A program made the translations under genes and the position numbers. A DNA stretch of 64,000 nt from Candidatus Latescibacterota bacterium (GTDB lineage: Bacteria > Latescibacterota > UBA2968 > GCA-2709665): assembly GCA_965226795.1 (NCBI GenBank), contig CBDDDZ010000005.1, positions 1-64,000 of the forward strand, written 5' to 3'. The notes below the pieces were generated by a model. The model was not told where the DNA came from, searched no databases, and was given only the letters and a program-made list of their open reading frames with translations. Shown piece after piece: positions 58,898 through 64,000 of the stretch. Position 1 is the first letter of the stretch, and every line of letters starts with the position of its first letter.

Positions 58898-59890
58898 CTA
58901 ACTTCTGCCAAGAAAAGATCTGACCCTGGGATGGCTCAACACGTCCGGATTGATGATGTGCGCAGGTTCCCGACCCTCCATGGCGTCGGTGAGTTGCCCG
59001 AAGGTCCTGTGATCCAGGCGTACAGCCGAAGCGTCAGTCATTCCGGCGTTGTGGTTGGTACAGATGATGCGTGGGTGCCCCTTGTGGATGGCTCGAGGGC
59101 CGTCTACAGGGTCGTCTACCACGTAGTACCAGAGGCGCCTTTCGACAATGGCGCGGTTGACGGCGATGTCGTCCACGAGGGTCCCCCGCGAGGGGTTGAT
59201 AAGTGAGGCATGGGGCTGCATGGCGCACAGGAGTTCGTATGTGACGATGGTGTCGGCTCCGGAAACGTGCAGCGAGACGGTGTCGCATTCTCTGAAGAGG
59301 TCTATGGGTTCGCCGACCGGTTCGGCCCCGAACCGGGACGCCAGTTCGGCAATGTCCGGCCGTACGTCGTATACGAGCAGGCGCCCCCTTTCACCCAGAA
59401 GAGGTTTCGCACGTTCGGCGACGGCCTGACCGATGCGGCCGAATCCGAACAGGCCAAGCGTGGTTTCAGCGGCTTCGTAGGTTCTGATGAGAGAGAAGTC
59501 GCCGCTGTGGGAGAGCTGGTTCAGGGTGTAGACCCTTTTCAGCGTTGCCATCCACTGGGCAATGGCGTATTCGGCTACCGTGACCATGTGCTCCGGGGAA
59601 ATGGTGACGATAACCCCGTGTCGGGTGGCCGCCTCCAGGTTGACTTTTTCGTAACCAACACCCCAGCGGGAAATGATGCGCAGGTCCGCAGCGGCTTCGT
59701 AGAAACTTTCGTGAATAAGCGAGGAACTCGCGATAACGCCAACCACGCCATCCGCATCGTTTTCCGTGAGTTCGCCCGTGTAGTAGTCCACACTGGCAAC
59801 GTCTGCCAGTCCCGCCAGTCCCTTCCGGCGGCTGTCTGAGTCGAATTCGGGGTTCCGCATGTTGGCGGACAACAGGATTCTTCGTGACAT
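58898..59890 (-). CDS. D-isomer-specific 2-hydroxyacid dehydrogenase family
   Basis: RWGVGYE, GFGRIG, LINPSRG..VD, HNAG. Confidence 0.85.
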   Translation of the reverse strand: MSRRILLSANMRNPEFDSDSRRKGLAGLADVASVDYYTGELTENDADGVVGVIASSSLIHESFYEAAADLRIISRWGVGYEKVNLEAATRHGVIVTISPEHMVTVAEYAIAQWMATLKRVYTLNQLSHSGDFSLIRTYEAAETTLGLFGFGRIGQAVAERAKPLLGERGRLLVYDVRPDIAELASRFGAEPVGEPIDLFRECDTVSLHVSGADTIVTYELLCAMQPHASLINPSRGTLVDDIAVNRAIVERRLWYYVVDDPVDGPRAIHKGHPRIICTNHNAGMTDASAVRLDHRTFGQLTDAMEGREPAHIINPDVLSHPRVRSFLGRS

Positions 59891-59997
59891 GCAATTCCTC
59901 TGTTAATGAAGTGATGCGGCAGGTTTATTGAACCGTTTCCGGCTGGAGTCCGGGGCCAGGCTGGCATCGACTAAACGGAAATATGGAGTTGGTCCAG

Positions 59998-61656
59998 TTA
60001 CGCCTTTGTCCGGTTCGCGATTTCCTGTACGATTCGGCGCAAGGCGCCGCGTTGAACCTTTCCCGTGGAAGTCATTGGCAGGCGGTCGGGGTTGAATGGT
60101 ATGGTCTTGCACGGCGCTTCGTAGGGGCTGAGGTTCGCTACGTTACCCGCGCGTCCCGCGTTCAGGATCCTTCCGGCGGCTTCTTCCTGCATTTCGGGAG
60201 CCATTCCGTTGCGGAAGACGAGCGCGGCGCAGACGTCCTGTCCCCAGCGTTCGTCGTCGAGGCCGGTAACGTAGGCCGCGGCAAGCTCGGGAAAGGCTTC
60301 TACAAGTGCGTTTTCAACCGCAATAGGTGAAATGTTGACGCCGCCCTTTATAACGATTTCTTTTTTGCGGCTGTGAACGAAGTAGTTATCGCGGCCGCCG
60401 ATGGCGCGCCGGTAGCCGATATCGCCCGTGTGGAACCAACCCTCCGTGAAGACTTCTTCGGTGGCGGCCTGCTGGTTGAGGTAGCCGCCCGATACGACCG
60501 GCCCGCGAACCAGGATTTCACCGAGTTCGCCAGGCGGCGGGTCGCCCTCGAGGCGGATGTTGTTGTTTTCGAGTTCCACGCCCGCGGCGTTCTGCAGAAG
60601 TGCCTCCCGATATTCGTCCTCGGGCAGGTCGGGTGGAACACCGGTTACCCGGAGGCTGACTTCGGTGGTGCCGTAGCCCTGGATCAGGCGCACGCCGAAT
60701 CGATCGTAGAACCGTACGGCAGGGCCCGCGGGAACGGGCGCGCTGCCGATCATTATCTTTTTCAGTGCGGAGATGTCGTGCCCGGCCGCGTCGAACGCGT
60801 CGGCGTCCGCAAGCAGGTCCCGCATGATTGTGGGGACAATGCTGCTGGAAGTGGCTTTCTCGTCTGCAATGACGGGCCAGAATCCGGAAGCGCTGTATCG
60901 GGAGTTGAGAATGAGCGTGCCGTCGGCCATGAGAAGTGCGATCGAGAAGACCGTTGAGTTGACGTGATGCAGCGGCAGGACCAGGCTGAGGCGTTCGTTC
61001 TCGTCGAGATGCAGCCAACGGCGAATGCCATCCGCATTGCTCACGATGCTCTGTCGTGTGAGCAAAACACCCTTGGGCTTACCGGTCGTTCCGGACGTAT
61101 ACAGAATGATCCCGGTGGCCTGTTCCTCGACGGGGTCGCCGCTCCACTCCGGTTCCGTGTCTGTGGGCTGATGTACCTCGCCCGCAAGAAGGCTGTCCGT
61201 GGCCGCAATTGGAAATTCCCGTGCGATTTTCCGTTCTGAGTCCAGATGATCCGGGAGGACACACAGCAATTTGACGCGGGAGTCTTCGAGTTTGTACCGT
61301 TTTCGTTCCGGCCCGTCGCGCCTGAGATCCAGCGGGACGGCGGTCGCGCCAAGACGGAAGAGGGCCTGGGTAATCAGAAGTATTTCGGGACAATTGGGCA
61401 TGGCCAGGGACACCCTGTCTCCTGGACCGATACCGTATTCACCTTGAAGTCGGCAGGCCAGCGCGGCCGTCCGCCGGTTCAGGTCGCCGTACGTGACAAC
61501 AGACCGTTTCTCCCGGTCCAGGTCGCGGAAAATGATGGCCGCGCGATCATCCCGATGAGCAGCCCGATGTTGAAGAAGGTGCGTAAAGTTCTTCCATGGG
61601 AAGCGATAGACGTGAGAGCGTCGGTTCTTTGTGCAGGTGAAAATCTGTGGATCCAT
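59998..61656 (-). CDS. Class I adenylate-forming enzyme (acyl-CoA synthetase/MenE-like)
   Basis: YTSGTTGKPKG, QGYGTTE, WFHTGDIG, TGKVQR; start uncertain. Confidence 0.88.
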   Translation of the reverse strand: MDPQIFTCTKNRRSHVYRFPWKNFTHLLQHRAAHRDDRAAIIFRDLDREKRSVVTYGDLNRRTAALACRLQGEYGIGPGDRVSLAMPNCPEILLITQALFRLGATAVPLDLRRDGPERKRYKLEDSRVKLLCVLPDHLDSERKIAREFPIAATDSLLAGEVHQPTDTEPEWSGDPVEEQATGIILYTSGTTGKPKGVLLTRQSIVSNADGIRRWLHLDENERLSLVLPLHHVNSTVFSIALLMADGTLILNSRYSASGFWPVIADEKATSSSIVPTIMRDLLADADAFDAAGHDISALKKIMIGSAPVPAGPAVRFYDRFGVRLIQGYGTTEVSLRVTGVPPDLPEDEYREALLQNAAGVELENNNIRLEGDPPPGELGEILVRGPVVSGGYLNQQAATEEVFTEGWFHTGDIGYRRAIGGRDNYFVHSRKKEIVIKGGVNISPIAVENALVEAFPELAAAYVTGLDDERWGQDVCAALVFRNGMAPEMQEEAAGRILNAGRAGNVANLSPYEAPCKTIPFNPDRLPMTSTGKVQRGALRRIVQEIANRTKA

Positions 61657-61720
61657 AGAGATTGAACCGTGTGCCTGCGACAACGAATGAGGCGCCGGGA
61701 ACCCCGATTCAGAGCCCGCT

Positions 61721-62800
61721 TTATCCACATCGGGCCTTGTGGAGGAGATGGTGGTCGGCCAGGACGAGCGCGATCATGGATTCGACCATCGGCACCGCGC
61801 GAGGCAGTACGCAGGGATCGTGGCGCCCGCGGCCCGCTAACGTGGCCGGGTTACCGTGAATATCCACGGTTTCCTGCGATTTGAGGATGGTTGCGGTCGG
61901 TTTGAAGGCGGCTCGGACAACGATGTTCTCGCCATTGGAGATGCCTCCCTGAATACCGCCGGAACGGTTGGTGCGTGTGCGTATCCTTTCCCCGTCGTTG
62001 AAGAATGGATCGTTGTGGCTGGAACCGGTGAGCGTTGTGCCGGCAAAACCGGAACCGATTTCAAATCCCTTGCAGGCTGGCAAAGAAAGGATGGCTTTGC
62101 CCAGGTCGGCTTCAAGTTTGTCGAATACGGGTTCCCCGAGGCCCGGCGGCACGTTGCGGGTCACGGCTTCCACGACGCCGCCGAGGGAGTCGCCGTCTTT
62201 GCGGGCCTGTTCGATCTGTTCGATCATTTGATCCGCAATACCGGAGTCGGGACAGCGCACAATATTGGATTCAATCTGATCCCGGGTGACGATGTCGGGG
62301 TCGACGTCGGCCGTCAGGTTGCGTACGCGTTTGACAAAGGCCAGGATCTCCATGCCAAGCGCCTGGTGCAGGATTTTGCGTGCAATCGCTCCGGCAGCCA
62401 CGCGACCTATGGTCTCGCGCGCGCTCGCCCGCCCGCCGCCTTGCCAGTCGCGGATACCGTATTTTGCCTGGTAGGTGTAGTCGGCGTGGGACGGACGGTA
62501 TTTTACGCGCATTTCCTCGTAGTCTTTGGAGCGGGCATCTTTGTTCCGGACAAGCAGCGAGATGGGCGTGCCTAGGGTCTTGCCTTCGAAGACACCGGAA
62601 AGGATTTCGACGCGGTCTTCTTCTTTTCGCTGGGTGGTGATTTTGCTCTGGCCGGGTCTGCGGCGATCCAGTTCGGTCTGAATCTCGCGGGACGTGATTT
62701 CGAGATTGGGTGGGCAGCCGTCAATAACGACGCCCACGCCGCCGCCGTGGGATTCGCCCCAGGTGGTGATGCGGAAGAGTTGACCGAAAGTGTTGCCCAT
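61721..62800 (-). CDS. aroC: Chorismate synthase
   Basis: [36 protein letters not shown]. Confidence 0.97.
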   Translation of the reverse strand: MGNTFGQLFRITTWGESHGGGVGVVIDGCPPNLEITSREIQTELDRRRPGQSKITTQRKEEDRVEILSGVFEGKTLGTPISLLVRNKDARSKDYEEMRVKYRPSHADYTYQAKYGIRDWQGGGRASARETIGRVAAGAIARKILHQALGMEILAFVKRVRNLTADVDPDIVTRDQIESNIVRCPDSGIADQMIEQIEQARKDGDSLGGVVEAVTRNVPPGLGEPVFDKLEADLGKAILSLPACKGFEIGSGFAGTTLTGSSHNDPFFNDGERIRTRTNRSGGIQGGISNGENIVVRAAFKPTATILKSQETVDIHGNPATLAGRGRHDPCVLPRAVPMVESMIALVLADHHLLHKARCG

Positions 62801-62980
62801 GCGGCGTTCGCTCCATAGCTGTATGCTGCCGGATTTCCCGTTCGTGAAGCCGTCGCCTCACCCCGCCGGAAACGGCCTCAAGTTACCGAATCCCCATATG
62901 CGGGTCAAGCAAAAGTCTGTGCGTGGGAGCGCTACTTTCCACGCGGCCAGCCGTTGTGGAAGCCCCTGATCCGCGATATC

Positions 62981-63009
62981 TTGACAGCGTCGGGTTGCGG
63001 GCCTATCTT
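62981..63009 (+). promoter_or_regulatory. Sigma70-like promoter
   Basis: TTGACA-N17-TATCTT, then AGGAGG RBS before ATG 63040. Confidence 0.65.
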
Positions 63010-63039
63010 GTGATCGCAAATTTTTTACAGGAGGTTCGC

Positions 63040-63822
63040 ATGGCTGAGAGTTACACAGGTATTCTCGAAGAAATGACCATCGACCAGGTTCGGGGGCTGA
63101 AGCCGGACGTTGCCGTGATTCCGATCGGGTCAACGGAACCGCACGGCCCTGCCCTGCCGTATGGTACCGATAGCTATCGGGCCGAGGCGATCGCCTGCGG
63201 CGCCACCCGGGAGGCAAACAGGCAGGGGGGCCGAGTGGTTTGTCTGCCCACCGTCCGCATCAGCCTGAACAACAATTTTCGCGCCTTTCCGTTCGCCTGC
63301 CGCATGCAGGTGTCTACGTTTATGGCCCTGCTGAAGGACCTGGTGAAAATGTGCGAGGCGGATGGCATCGAGAAGGTGGTATTCGTCAATGCCCACGGGG
63401 GCAATCCGGACGTGATCCGTGCGGCGATGCGCGACCTGGCTGGCGAGGACGGCGCATTCGTATGCCTGATCCAGGCATCTTCCTGCGCGTCGCTGGAGGC
63501 GCGGCAGGTTTGGGAGAAACCAAGCGACCACGCGGGCGAGGAAGAGACGTCTCAGATGCTCTACTTGCGACCCGACCTCGTCCATGCGGCCAAGATTGGC
63601 GACAATCCGCGCGTACAACCCGCGCTGGAAGTCCTCACGGAGTTTCAGGTGGATTTCGTCAGACCCTGGCATCTTTACATGCCGGCATCCGCCGGGGGAG
63701 ACGCAAGCCGGGCTTCCCGGGAAAAGGGAAAGATTGTTATCGATTCAAGCATCGACGGCACGGGCAGGTTTCTGGCCGAACTGTCCAGGGCCGACAGGAA
63801 TCGCAATTTCCCCTACCCGTAA
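63040..63822 (+). CDS. Creatininase-family amidohydrolase
   Basis: PIGSTEPHGPALP.GTD, NAHGGN, DHAGEEETS. Confidence 0.9.
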   Translation: MAESYTGILEEMTIDQVRGLKPDVAVIPIGSTEPHGPALPYGTDSYRAEAIACGATREANRQGGRVVCLPTVRISLNNNFRAFPFACRMQVSTFMALLKDLVKMCEADGIEKVVFVNAHGGNPDVIRAAMRDLAGEDGAFVCLIQASSCASLEARQVWEKPSDHAGEEETSQMLYLRPDLVHAAKIGDNPRVQPALEVLTEFQVDFVRPWHLYMPASAGGDASRASREKGKIVIDSSIDGTGRFLAELSRADRNRNFPYP

Positions 63823-64000
63823 GCCATCGGACATTCGGTCCTCGTTCCCACACGACGGGCGCCGTGCCCGGGGATGCCGCTTTTCACACCGTCAACACTC
63901 GTGTCCCGTCCCGGAAATATGCTACCATTCATCCACCGATTCATCCCGTCTGGCTGCGTTGCCCTCGCTCGCCGACCTTGCCCAGGTCCGCAGGCGCCTT

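Overview
GC-rich bacterial chromosomal window. By inference it comes from an FCB-group/Latescibacterota-like, probably host-associated organism, judged from the many secreted LRR/WD40/NHL proteins carrying a DFDGDG EF-hand-like tag. The flanks are ordinary. Left: lepA-lepB-hemW-thrB-polysaccharide export-metE-like, catabolic genes, menC-like and lon. Right: M32 carboxypeptidase operon, rsgA, lolC/E pair, mutY and aroC. The centre (about 19.7-46.3 kb) is a ~26.5 kb accessory locus between lon (+) and a SelW/Rdx-family selenoprotein gene (-; CxxU, in-frame UGA plus SECIS-like hairpin) that the ORF track misses. It holds a head-to-tail array of secreted Zn-metalloprotease genes fused to LRR or WD40 repeats and an EF-hand/dockerin-like module. 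The cassettes are separated by seven diverged copies of one junction: lon 3' end, hairpin terminator and decayed selW. The internal copies also carry a conserved promoter. Chimeric mini-genes, mosaic spacers, an orphan C-terminal remnant and fresh repeat duplications point to an actively recombining cassette array. No integrase, reverse transcriptase, CRISPR array, tRNA or rRNA was seen.
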